DNA of 64,000 nucleotides from the human T2T-CHM13v2.0 reference genome, Homo sapiens. The stretch is from the NCBI RefSeq assembly GCF_009914755.1, contig NC_060931.1; one strand, written 5' to 3'. The notes under the pieces are model-generated. The model saw only the letters and a program-made list of their open reading frames with translations, did not search any database and had not been told where the DNA came from. A program made the position numbers and the translations under genes. Shown piece after piece: positions 29,136 through 47,540 of this stretch (within the stretch, counting starts at the first letter, position 1; each line of letters opens with the position of its first letter).

Positions 29136-31222
29136 TCAAATTCAGTTAAAATTGGATTAACTCAACTTCAAATATAGTTGAAATGATTCCGGCAAATGGA
29201 GGGTGATCAGTCAGCACCAAGCGGCGAGGACAGGCCACTGGGAGGAAGAAGCCTCCTGAAGGTGCAGGCCTTAGTCAAGGAGCTGACCAGGAAAGTGGAA
29301 GAGATGACCGGAAAAGACCAGTTTCGGCACCTCTGACCTACCTGTACCAAGCATGTCGTTGGCCACATGTGGACCCCACCGGCCTGAACCTCCTGACAGG
29401 AGCCTGCCTTAGGCCACCAGCCATTCGCAGGACTGGGAGGCCGTGCACTGGGCTGGCTTCAGCACTGGGGCCTGGCTCCTTTCCTGATTTGCTGAGGAGC
29501 TGCAGGAAATCCCCCCACACCCCTATCCCATCTCAGTTTCCTCTGTCAGTCATGCAGTGGATCTGCGAGGGGGCCTCAGTGCATCCTGGGACCCCACCCT
29601 TCTTGTCCTTCCCTGAGTCACCCTCATTCTGTCTGGAATCCTCTGTGGCTGCTTTTCCACAAACTACACTCACTGGCAGAGTGACCCCTGGGGCTTTGGA
29701 CCTCTGGGTATTATCAACATGGTAATGAGCCGGCAGGCCTATCATGGACACCTGGGGGGCGATCATGCTTGTCCACAGTTAGGTTTTCTAATGTATTTCT
29801 CTGTCCCTGGCTGTGACAGCCTGTGGAACTCAGAATGGAAGACAGTAAGGGGCCTGGACGCTTTGTTCCCACCTTGACCGGAGGCAACAATCTTCCTCTT
29901 GCATGCCAATGTCATTGTATAACTTGCTTCTGGCGCTGCTGACCCCAAGTGGCCCAGAACATTCCTTTGGGTCTCCTCAGTGAATCAAACATGTCCCTAT
30001 TCCAGTACATTTCTATTAAAATCTGCTGAGCCCCACAAAGAACCAGGCACTGCTAGGAGCTTCCTGTAGGTGTGTAAACTTCCATGCACTCAAGCCGCTT
30101 GCCCCCAGGCACTGTGTTGGATTCAGCCTGCAGCCACTCATCCTCACTCAACCCTCCTGCTCTACCCACCAATGCCTTCCATGGGTTTGCCTAAAATTAA
30201 ACATTAGTAAATGTTGAATGGATCCAACTGGAGAGAAAGATGTTCCTTTGCCTTAAGCATCTATGCTCCATATGTTTTGTTTCCAAGCAGTTTCATTCAG
30301 AAGGATGTGAAAGGGACTCTGTTCCACAGCTGCACTGGTTCATGGTGGTGGAATAATCACAAGATGAAACAATCGTATCATTGCTTTTCCAGCAAAGTCA
30401 GGCACTGTGCTCACAATACACTACATTCATGGAAGCCTCTTTGTTATAGGAATTTGCTTTGCTCTAGGGGCGTTCTTTTAATTTTACGGTTGGAGGATTG
30501 AGTTCTCAATTAAGGGATCAGCAACAAATAGATATTAGGTATGATCAATTAGCTATCTGGGAAGTATGAATGTTCTTTCAGTTACCTAGCACTAATTAAA
30601 CAAGTGTCTTGCCTTGTGAGGGGGAGAGGCTCATAAAGACACCCTCTTTTCTCTCAAGGGCTATCTGTCTTGGAGCCTTGGAGATGAGACTTGTACACAG
30701 ACTGCTCCCTAAAGAGCAGAATGAGGCCAGTCCCTCGGAGAGGTAGGTGGAGAGAGGGCGTCCATGGAGGATTAGTTTAGGCTCAGCTCCACGCCCTCGA
30801 GGAGCCCACAAAGGAAGTGGCATTGAAGCCAGGTCTTAGATGATAGGTAGGACTGTAGGATGCAGAGAAGCAGCTGCATATAACATCATAGCTTCAAAGG
30901 ATTCAGAGCAGGATTGTTGGAGACAGGAGGAGAAATTCACCAGTTCATAATCACCATGGGAGATTTGCAATAGATCTCTTTCAGGAATTAAAAGATCAAG
31001 GAATTAAGTAAACACACATGAAAAAGTAAGTATATACAAGTTTTGAATAATAAGCTTCATATAATATATATCTAATATTTATCATCTGTCTCTCCATTTA
31101 TCTGTCAATACACCCCCAAAGGAAAATATTCATTCTTTTTGAATATCCATGAGAAACTGACAAAAAATTAAAATGATGCTGGCCACATTCTTGGACAAAT
31201 AGGCAAAAGAAAACAATCTTTT

Positions 31223-32105
31223 TGTTACTGAAACACCAGGGGTTTGGTCTAGGTCCTACTGCTCGCCTGCACAGAAAGCCCATTACTGAGACAATGGAGT
31301 ATTGCCAAGGAAGAAGGCTTTACCTGGGTGCTGCAGCTGATGAGGACGAGAGAGCAGTCTCCAATCTGTCTCCTCAACTGGCTAAAATTCGGGGTTTATA
31401 GAGCAGGGAAGAAATGTGACTATGTGTGGGAAAAGAGGAATTAGCGAGGGTTAAGGAAGAGGAGTTGGTCAACAGGAAGCAGGTGGTCAGTTAGGCAATT
31501 ATATTAGTCCGTTTTCATCCTGCTATAAAGAACTGTCAGAGACTGGGTAATTTATAAAGGAAAGAGGTTTAATTGACTCACAGTTTAACGTGAGACATGG
31601 CTGGGGAGGCCTCAAGAAACTTAATGATCATGGTGGAAGGTGAAGAGGAGGCAAGGCACATTCTTTACAAGGCGGCAGGAAGGAGAAGTGCTGAGCGAAC
31701 GGGGAAGATCCCCTTATAAAACTGTCAGATCTCGTGAGAACTCACTGTCACGAGAACGGTATGGGGGAAACCACCCCCATGATTCAATTACCTCGACTTG
31801 GTCTCTCCCTTGACACGTGGTGTGTATGAGGATTATGAAGATTACAATTCAAGATGAGATTTGGGTGGGGACACAAAGCCTAACCATATCAACAATCAGG
31901 ATGGGTGAGGGGTCTGGTGTCTCATCGTCCAGATGCAGTGATCTGGTGAGTTTCAGGTCCTTGATACTATCTGGGAAGCCTGATGTTTGGAACTCAGGAA
32001 AGACAAATGTACATTTCTCAAATTTTTAAGACTGGGACAGTCAATTTCTATTTTAATTCAAAAAAACAAAAACATCAGTTCTATGGGACAATTGGACTGG
32101 TTTCA
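31223..32105. mobile_element. ERV1 solo LTR (LOR1-like), TG...CA ends, TSD tttt
   Basis: tgttactgaaacaccaggggtttggtctaggtcc...ggtttca. Confidence 0.75.
31500..31891. mobile_element. THE1/MST MaLR solo LTR nested in the ERV1 LTR, 5-bp TSD gcaat/acaat
   Basis: tattagtccgttttca...ctgggtaatttataaaggaaagaggtttaattgactcacag...aaccatatca. Confidence 0.9.
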
Positions 32106-32319
32106 TTTTCACTTGGAAATTTAAAAAAGCCTTCTATATAATCTTGGATTCAATAAGAAATAAAAATGGAAACCACAAACTATTTACAAATTAATTATAA
32201 GAAAAGTACCAGCCTTATATCAAACTACATGAGATATGTTTATACACACACAATGGGGATTAGTATGTGAAGTATCTAGCACCCAGCATGACCACGACAA
32301 GGGCTCTGACCAGTCAATG

Positions 32320-32572
32320 GGGAGATAGTTGTTTAAAAACATGTGGCACCTCCCACCTCTCTCTTTTGTTCTCTCGCTCCAGCCATGTAAGATGTGCCTG
32401 CTTCCCCTTCGCCTTCTGCCATAATTGAAAGTTTCCTGTGGCTTCCCCAGAAGCAGAAGCCACTTTGCTTTCCTATACAGCCTGCAGAACCATGAGCCCA
32501 TTAAACTTCTTTTCTTTGTAAATTACCCAGTCTCAGGTATTTCTCTACAGCAGTGTGAGAACAGGCTAATAC
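32320..32572. mobile_element. Partial MST LTR
   Basis: ccatgtaagatgtgcctgcttcccc...aattacccagtctcaggtatttc...ctaataca. Confidence 0.85.
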
Positions 32573-32842
32573 AGTAGGGGTGTGTTGAAATGGTCCTGGT
32601 TTGATTATAAATTAATTTACTTTTTGGTGAATCTTTTGGCAGTCTCCATGGAAAAAGAGAGGCATTCTGTTTAAACCAGCAGCCCTAGAGAAATATTCCA
32701 GTGTAAGAAACATGTATGAGGATGTTCCCTTCAGCACTGTTGCTGTAGCAACAGATTGGAAACTAAACCAATGTTCAGCTAAGGTGGCCGGGCCTTTCTG
32801 AGAAGCTCAAGTGTGAGCCGCAGCCTGAACGGGAAAGGTCTT

Positions 32843-33358
32843 GGCAACACTTCTCAAAGTAGGGGGTCTGTGGACCAGCAGCATTGCTGGGGAGCTTGTT
32901 AGAGACACAGATTCTTGGCTCCACCCGGACCACTGGACCACAAACTCTGGGGCAGGCCCAGCACTTGTCATTTTAACAGTGCTCCAGGGGGTTCTGAGGC
33001 TTGGGTTTGGGAACCAGTGGTCGAGAGCAGTGAGGTTCTCAGCCCTCGTTGCATATTAGAGTCACCTGCAGAGCTTGTAAAAGTTCCAGTCTGGGGCCCT
33101 ATCCCCAAAGACCAACTACGTCAAAATCTCAGGTGTGGTGCCCCTGAGGTGACTTTAGTAGGACTAAGACTGAGGACCCTTAGACCCTCAGGCCCTCAGG
33201 GCCTCGGACCAGGCTCCATGACTGCAGGTATCAAGCTCAGCCGGGTGTCCAGTTTCCACCTGGCTGGTGCCCACTTTTCTGGTCTGGGGCAGAGCCACCC
33301 AGAAGTTGGTATTTTTTACAAGCTCCCCAGGTGATTCTTAAGTTTGAGAACTACTGCA
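32843..33358. mobile_element. Cluster of 2-3 MER5-type DNA transposon remnants
   Basis: cttctcaaagt...ggaccagcagcat...cttgttaga; ggttctca...gcatattagagtcacctg; tttacaagctccccaggtgattct...tttgagaactactg. Confidence 0.7.
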
Positions 33359-34379
33359 GACTTACGATACTCACCCTGGACTTAGTGTCCCCAAAAGGAG
33401 GGCGAGGGTTAAGACTTTGAAGGAGGAATGGGTGAGGGGTGTGCGAGTGATGGGGTGGGGCGGGCAAGATTTTTCTGGTGTGGGGAGAAGCATTTGCAAG
33501 TTTCAGCCTCTGTGATTTCCACCTTAGAAGACCACTGTGACCCCTGTGGAGAATGCAGGATGCAATGCAGGGCAAGGAGGTTGGGGGGATCTCAGGGAGT
33601 CCAAGGGAGACCCCAGCAGGTGTGCTGGTGTCACAGTGCGGGGTGCAGAGGGGTGGGTTGATGGTGGAGGAGGGAGGGATGAAGGTTATCTCCTGGGCCT
33701 TACTGTTTTCTGAGATGGTGAAGACCAGACAGGAAGTCTTCCAGTCCAGAAGGTGCTCCAGCCACAGGATGCGATGACATAGGGCAGTGAGGGAAGCCAG
33801 CAGGGCAGGTGGACCGCTGAGTCTGGACCTTGGGAAGGTTTGGGCTGGATGTGGACATTTAAAGCCATGGGCTTTAAAGAGCACAGAGCTCACTTGGGGC
33901 CGAGGCCCGAGGCTGGGAAGAGGAGATGCAGCCAGCAGGACAGGAGGGGCTGAGGCCCTTGTTCTTGAGTGGAGGCTGAAGTGGGTGAATCTGGGGGCTT
34001 GGCTTAGAGGGAGGGGGCAGAAGAGCTGCACAATTTCTGAGAGATCCTTTCTCCCTTCAGGATGTCAGTTGGCTGTCATTTTGCATGGAATGCTTGGCTG
34101 CAGCCCGCTGGACTAGTGTGTGCGCAATGGACCGGCAGCCTCCTCTTAGGGTTGACTGCTCTGGTGAAAAGGCAGGTGACCCACAGTGAGCTCACAGGGT
34201 GCTATGACTTCTGGTCTGGGTGGACAGTCTATGGAGGGTGAGATGCCTTCCCTCTGCCAGGACCAGCAGAATTAGAGAGCACCTGCTGGATGCCTTCGTA
34301 GAGTCTGTGCTGCAGATGAGGACATGGCCCCTGAATGGGAGGGAGATGACTCACCCTACTTCTAACTTTGCAACAATAA

Positions 34380-35730
34380 AAATGATGAGAGGGGGACATG
34401 ACAGAGATGACGTTAACAGCTTCAGATTCCACATTTGGGCATCCATAGTTTGGACATTTATCTGTACCTTTAAATTTAATAGTGGGTCCTCAGACTCCAG
34501 AGTGCTGTTTAGGGTAACATGGTTGATTGACTGTTCTAGGGTTAATCAAAAATAAAACTACCTCCAATGCGGTATTTTCATACCATTTTTTGAATCATAA
34601 TAAAAGTAGTCAGGGCATCTAGTTTTGAAGCTTCCGGAACCCATTTGTGCATTTGTAAGGGTCTTGAGAATTTTATAACAATGTTGAAGAATGTTTTATT
34701 GTGTTGCAGCTTTTCAGAAATGATTTTTTTTCTGGGACAAAGCTTGGTTTAGGAACAATGTTCCAGCAAGTCCTATTCAGCAGTAGTCATGGATCTAAGG
34801 TACCATTTATTGTAAAAAGTATTCAAGTACAAAAGGGACAAAAAGATGGTTTAAGGTTAGTTCTCTTAAATCATAAAGATGTCATCTTCTTGGCCCCTGG
34901 GTAAGGATGACCCAACAGGATTTACTGCTATCTCTGATGATCAGGTAATGTTGAACTTGTTGGGAGAATGCAGCGTTTCTGGGGGTTTTGTCTGTGAAGA
35001 TGTTCTGCTGGAATTAAGCTCCTTGGTAAACAGCTCCAAACGGTGAAGCAGGGTCTGAAGGTCAGATCACGGCTTGAAGGTCAAGGTAGTGGTTTATCAT
35101 ATGCCAGCTGGTACCTGCCCTCAGTTGTATTATCTAAGAGTGTGAGAGGACTTTTCCTAAAAAGCCACTACCTCTTCATTGTCATTTATCCACCTGTCTA
35201 CCATTTGCAAGTGGCTCACCTCCGGCAGGGGAAACAGTGATGTCCACTCATAACTGAACTGTGCTGTGGTAGGAACTAGGTGGAGGGGTGAGCAGGGCTG
35301 TATGACACAAGAGGACTTTCTCAGACTGGCTTCTGTTCATTCTTGGGTTTCCACGTGGGTGGAACTGAGTCAGTTTCAATCACTGTGTTGGGTGATATTT
35401 ACTGGGTGCCCACGTTGTGCTGGTTCTGGGAGGACATCTCGGTTATTGTCATCGTGGTTATTGAGGCGCGGCTTTCCATGCAGGTTCCCTTCCTCTGAGG
35501 AGTTGGGCTTGCGCCCAGCTGGACCCATTAAAAGAATGTACATTCCTGTGAACTGGGTGCACAGTGAGGTCCTAAGGTGCATTCCTGTTCCTCTTGACAT
35601 TGTAAATTCTTGGATACAGCTTCCAAGAAAAGGACCAATAGCAGGAGGGACCACACATTCTGGCTTGTAAAACAACAACAACAACAACAACAACAAAACA
35701 AAAAACTACAATCAACCTAAAATATTAAAA
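34380..35730 (+). pseudogene. Candidate endogenous bornavirus-like L-polymerase element (EBLL), 5'-truncated and frameshifted, with decayed poly(A) tail
   Basis: Collinear + strand blocks CCLG (34503), LKLP (34625), TMFQQ...RLVLL (34755-34868), FTAISDDQVMLNL (34921), YASW...VRGLFL...IYPPV (35100-35200), RGFPCRFPS and VPLDIVN resemble the recalled BoDV-1 L C-terminal region in order and mostly in spacing. TAA at 35668-35670 is fused to an A/(AAC)n tail. No TE hallmarks recognised. The 5' boundary is approximate. Confidence 0.7.
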
Positions 35731-35737
35731 AAATGGA

Positions 35738-36060
<323 letters not shown>

Positions 36061-36240
36061 ATGGGGAAGGCTGTGGGGGGCTGGATGACCACGGCAGGGA
36101 CTTGGCTTTGGTCTGAGTGGAGCTTAGTACATTCTTAAAAGCAAGTAACTACAGAACAAAACCACTAAATAAACTGAAGCCAGTACCACCAATGATGAGA
36201 GTGTTCCATGAGATCAGAATGATGAGTCCAGTTCTGGAGG

Positions 36241-36390
36241 TGTTATTGAACTGAACTGGGTCTGTTCACCCAGTGCAGTGAGGCCAAACTTTCACATCAA
36301 GGTTTGCAGTGGGAGAAAGGACGGTATTTGTTTTCAGGGTGCCCAGCAAAGAGAATCAGGCAGCTCATGTTTAAGACCTCACTTCCCCTG
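36241..36390. mobile_element. ERV1 LTR fragment (MER31-like)
   Basis: tgttattgaactgaactggg...ggtttgcagtgggagaaagg...gcagctcatgtttaagacc. Confidence 0.55.
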
Positions 36391-36814
36391 TCTGCAGGTT
36401 TCTTGGCATGAGGAGGGGGACTGTCCTCACCATGTGTGACTGTCTTGCACTGGCTGCAAGACATAAGCTTGACCAACTGTCTGGGATATGGCTCCCTGAC
36501 TGACCAGCAATCTTGAACTGACTGTAGCTCCAGATCTATCCACTTGTAGCTGAGAGATGCAATATTTATAAAGAATTGCTAGAAGGCAGCATCTATGCCT
36601 CTTGATATCCAAAGATCTACCTTCATTACGCCAGACCAGCAAGACTGTCTGGTATTATTAATAGCATCTCTGGGGCTGATTTGTGTTTTGGTATGAAGAC
36701 ATTTGCTTCTTTTTAGAGACATATAAGAAAGAGCCCTTGTTTACTTATTGCTATGTCTCTAGTAAGGATAAAGATATTGATTTTGATAATCACTCAACAC
36801 CCTCTATCTAAAGA

Positions 36815-37730
<916 letters not shown>

Positions 37731-39059
37731 CAGTAAAGGGAGTCGTCTTCATTGGGTTTTAGGGTAGGAGGCCTCGGGGTGAGACAGCCTGTAGGAACTA
37801 GTGGATGGCTGATTACTTGCAGGCCCATCCCCATGGTGGAGCTCTCCAGGATTGGGCAGCCACTCAAGGACCCTGGCTGTGGCCATGGCCCCCCCCCTAT
37901 TCCCTGGACTTGGCTTTGCATTCTCCAATCAGCTTGAGTTGGGAAGCGTTGGCTTCCACCTAGACTTTCCCTTAGGATGGGCTGCACTGGCCTGAGGTCT
38001 GGCATGACGGCCATTTGGCAGCCCCATTTGTCACTGTGAATAAACCCACTGGCCCTGGTTCAGGCACCTGTCTCTGTGGGCTGATCAAGTGTCTTCACCA
38101 GCTGACCTGGGCCCCAGTGATGTCAATGAGCATTCTACAAACCCACCCACCCACCCACCCACAAGTTGAGTCTTCACAGGTAGAAAAAATCCGGTTGTCT
38201 TTTTAGGGACTTCCTGCCCACTCCCCGCATACCACAAATGAAAACGTTCTGGGAGGTTTTCAGAGAGTGTCCCACCTGAGTGTAACTCAGATTCCACTTC
38301 CTAACTCATCTCCTGCTCTGAGATCTGCATCTTGTACGTATCTTTCACCTGCAACTGATGCTGGCTTCCTAAAACTCAAGTCTCAGAATGTCACAACCCT
38401 GTGTAGAGGTTCCCTCCGGCTCCTCAGTGGCCTCCAAAGAGAAGTCCATAGCCTGAGCATGGTCCAGAGTCCTCCATGACCTGCCCAGTCTTCCTCTCCA
38501 CACCGCCCTGGCCAACTCCAGCCTTACGACCCTTCTCACCTCATACACTTGGGTGCTCTCTCATGCCTGGTCTCCACACATGGTATCTCTTCCCCTCTCT
38601 TGTTTTAACTCCTCAAAGAGTCCCCCTCAAAGTGTCCCCTGTGCCCTCCATGGAGACCCCTCCTTCTTCTCAGGGCTCTCAGCTCCATCTCAACACATTC
38701 TGTCAGCCCTTGTAAGGACCTGTTGATAACATCTGTCATTCCCACTGATGGTCATAGCAGCCCGCGGTGAGCTCCTGGCATGCTGTGCAAACTTTCACTC
38801 CCTAAATCCTCACAGAACTTTAGAAGGTAGGTTTCTACTCTTACCTCCATTTCTATGATGAGGCTGCCATTTGCCCAAGGCCACTAAACTCTTAAGAGGC
38901 AAAGGCAGAGCCTGCTAGAGGGTGAGCTTCTGGAGGGATTAATTTCTGTATTTCCAGCAATGAGTATAATACACAAAGTAGGTGCTCAGTAAACGTTTGT
39001 GGGTAGAAAGCTGCATGAGTTTTCTGTTTGGGATCCCTTCTCCCAACCCTGTGAGATAG

Positions 39060-40142
<1,083 letters not shown>

Positions 40143-40290
40143 ATAGGCAGGGCTCTCTCCACTTTAGGCCCAGGCAGATTTGAACTTTGCTCCTGGTGCC
40201 CTATCTTCCAGGGCAGGACTATTTCTCTAAAACACATGGCCTCTTTTCTCATATCATTTAAGTCTTCTAGGTTAGCTTTTCCCAACCATG

Positions 40291-40548
40291 GACTGGAGTG
40301 CAGTGGCACAATCACTGCTCACTGCAGCCTTGACCTCCTGGCTAAGGTGATCCTCCCATCTCAGCCTCCGGAGTAGCTTGGACTACAGGTGCATGCCACC
40401 ATGCCCAGCTAATTTTTATATATTTAGTAGAGATGGAGTTTCACCATGTTGGCCAGGCTGGTCTCAAACTCCTGGGCTTAACCAATCCACTAGCCTCGGC
40501 TTCCCAAAGTGCTGGGATTAGAGGTGGGAGCCACTGTGCCTGGTCTGG
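40291..40548 (-). mobile_element. AluJ-like, tail-less
   Basis: Alu consensus. Confidence 0.9.
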
Positions 40549-43269
40549 TATTCAGTTTAGAGCAGAATATTCATCTCCATCACTAGTTCAAAGGTGAGTA
40601 TCTGTGTGGCTACTGTACTTGCTCTTGTTACTGAGTGGAAGCCTGGACTTGTGAACCTCTTCAGGGACCCTCCTTCTCTCAGGAGGGCAGTGGGCAGCCC
40701 TCAGTCTCCCTGGCTTATTGGGGACATGCTGCCTCTCATCCTGTGAGCTCCAGTTGGAACCCTTGAGTTGTCTGAGAGGTAAGATGGGCTGGGCCCCATC
40801 TAAAAAGACAATCTGCTGCTTCCTCAACACCAATGAATCCCAAATTGTCAGAGCTGGAAGGACATTTTTTGATTACTGGTAGATTCCACCCTACTTCTAA
40901 GGACGCTATAGATGGGGAGGTGGAAACTGGGGCCGAGGGAAGTCCAGGGACTTACCAACACCATATCTTTAAATCTATTATGATTTTTTAAAAAGTCCCT
41001 GTTTGGGATGGAAAGGCATGGTCTAAATAAGCCCTCAAAGAAAAGCCATTTTAGGACATTTTTGCACTTCAGGACATTGGCTTATGGTGGGTCAGGGGAG
41101 TGGGGAGTGTGGTGTCCAGTCTCTGCTGGGTGATGCCTTAGATGTTGATATCAGGGGGGTACATGAGCTCAGGTGTCATGGGGTGCATGGGGCAGTGTCC
41201 TGGAAGGAGGATGGGCAGCAGTGGTGTAAGGAGTTCTCCGGCTCCACAGGTCCAGGGCCTGGCTCCTTGCCTGTGCCTTTGGCTGAAGCAGAGAATGGCC
41301 CCAGCAGCTCACCCATATATCGTGGGGTGGCCAAGGCACTCCTGTGCTTAGATGTCCTGGATTTATGGCGTCAACTGGACAAGGTGCTGGTGCCTGTGCC
41401 TTCTGTCTCTGCTCTCCCAGCCCCAGCAGCGCCAGCTCCTCCGGCTACCTGGTGCTTCTGGTCACCCAGGCCCTGCAGGCCCCAGGCCTCCTCCTCCCCA
41501 GAGCCTTCACTCAAGCCTTCCCCCTCCCTGCAGCCCCACCTGCTGTTTCCCCACCAGGGGGACCCTCCCCCGACATCCCGCACAGCCTCCAGCCAGGCAG
41601 GGACTCCTGTGATGAGCTGCCTGTGAGGAAGATGCCTGGAGACTGTGTCTGATCCATCTCTGAACCTGGACAAGCTTGGCTTGTGGGCGGTCGATGAGCA
41701 TCTGAGGAATACATGAAAGTGACTTTCAGAGAAAATGTGGACGTCCCCATCTGCTCCCATCTGTTCTTCTTAAGTAAGTTATTTTTAAATTTTAAAGCAA
41801 TATATAGACATGGTAAAATGATAAGGAAGCTGTAGTTCTCCCTAAACTTTTGTCACCTAATCTTGTCCTCTGGGGGATGAATAATCAGCAAGTGGCATTT
41901 TGGGCCTCAGCACAAAACAGCCTTTTCAGGTGTCAGCAGGTCAGACTTTGGTGCTTACAGAAAACTCGGGGCCACTGCGGTGTAAACGCTCTAAGTGGTC
42001 TGCAGACCATGAGGAGCTGATGGAAGGAGACCCAAACATAGCACCGACAAGCAGGGAATGAGAACAACAAGAAGGAGGGGAGGCCAGAAGAGGAATTCCC
42101 ACTGGATTGGACCCACGCAGTTCTGTAGTCATGGCTGGTGTTGTGTTCCAGTGACTCTGATAGGGGAGAAATCTCACTCTACCTTTCCTGTGGTTTTTGA
42201 AAATAATCTTGGTTACGTTAACTGTGTGTGGTAAACTGCATAGAGCTCAGTTCACAGCATGGATTTGTACGGGGAACATTTTTGTTGTTTTCATTTGAGC
42301 CAAATTAAAGAGCTCTTCCAGGAAGTGTCTGGAAGCTTGGTCAGGAAGGATGGGTCCTGTCTGATGGCTACAGGCGAGATTCTGGTGCCCAGATTGGGCG
42401 GGCAATATCAGTGTTCCCGCCCTTTATTGATTGGCACTCCATAATGCTTGTTCCAGAGCAACTTCTGGCCAAGGCGTGCCGCTCTGGCTTGGCTGCTGTC
42501 ATTCCTAGTGTCTGGGGTCTGCCCATGTAGGGCCAGGTGCCGCAACCCAGAGCTCTCTCAAAGCCCCATTGTCCAGGGGCAGCAGCAGCCCACTCATGGG
42601 AACAGGGATCCACATAGGTCTCAGGAGGAGAGGAAAATCTTGGCTAGGGACCCTAGTCTGACACTCTATTCCAAAAGAGGCAGCAGGAGAACACTGATGT
42701 GTCTGTCCCTGAAGGTCCCAGCTCTGGTTCAGGGTATACTTTTCTCCCCAGGGATAGGGAGGTTGAGGCTCAGGACAGTATAGAGTGGCCAAAGCTGTTA
42801 TAAGAACTCTCTGTCCAATATTTGGCTTGAGAAAGAAGGAAACTTGGAAAGCAAGGGGAGTGGTTTCACAAATAATCAAACTGAATTCCAAGCCTTGTGT
42901 CTTTTCCAGCTAAGGAAAGACGGTTGAAGATTGCATCATCAGACTTTCCAGTTCAGGATGAAGTGTACTTATGAACAGCAACCATATGCAGAAACTAAAG
43001 ACTCAGAAAGTTCTGCAGGCTTTCTTGGAAACTAGACTCTATACAAGAGAAATAGAAACTAAAAGCAGCACTCAGAATATTACCCAAGGATAATGAAAGC
43101 AAATGTCTCTCCCCAGACCCATCAAGAGGTAAATGTGTATGAAGCCTCAGGGCATGCCTGTTGGGGCAGAGGCTCCTCAGGGCTCTTGGGAGTTAAAATG
43201 GCCAGAGAAAACCAAACCGCACCCAGCCCCTGCTCCTCCCTGACTCGGTCTCTCTGCTTTTCGTTCTTC

Positions 43270-47540
<4,271 letters not shown>

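Larger units (their letters stand above)
30900..32240 (+). mobile_element. Old L1 ORF2 fragment split by nested LTRs
   Basis: L1-like sequence on both sides of the LTR at 31223-32105. Confidence 0.55.

Noticed and set aside
34860-34960. Minus-strand VQHYLIIRD...HLYDLREL, resembling an SH2 domain
   Set aside because: No FLVR motif, and the tail orientation and + strand homology explain the region better.
34548-35709. aaaaataaaactac / aaacaaaaaactac as the EBLL target-site duplication
   Set aside because: L-like similarity (the CCLG block) continues upstream of 34548, so the first copy lies inside the element. Probably a chance A-rich match.
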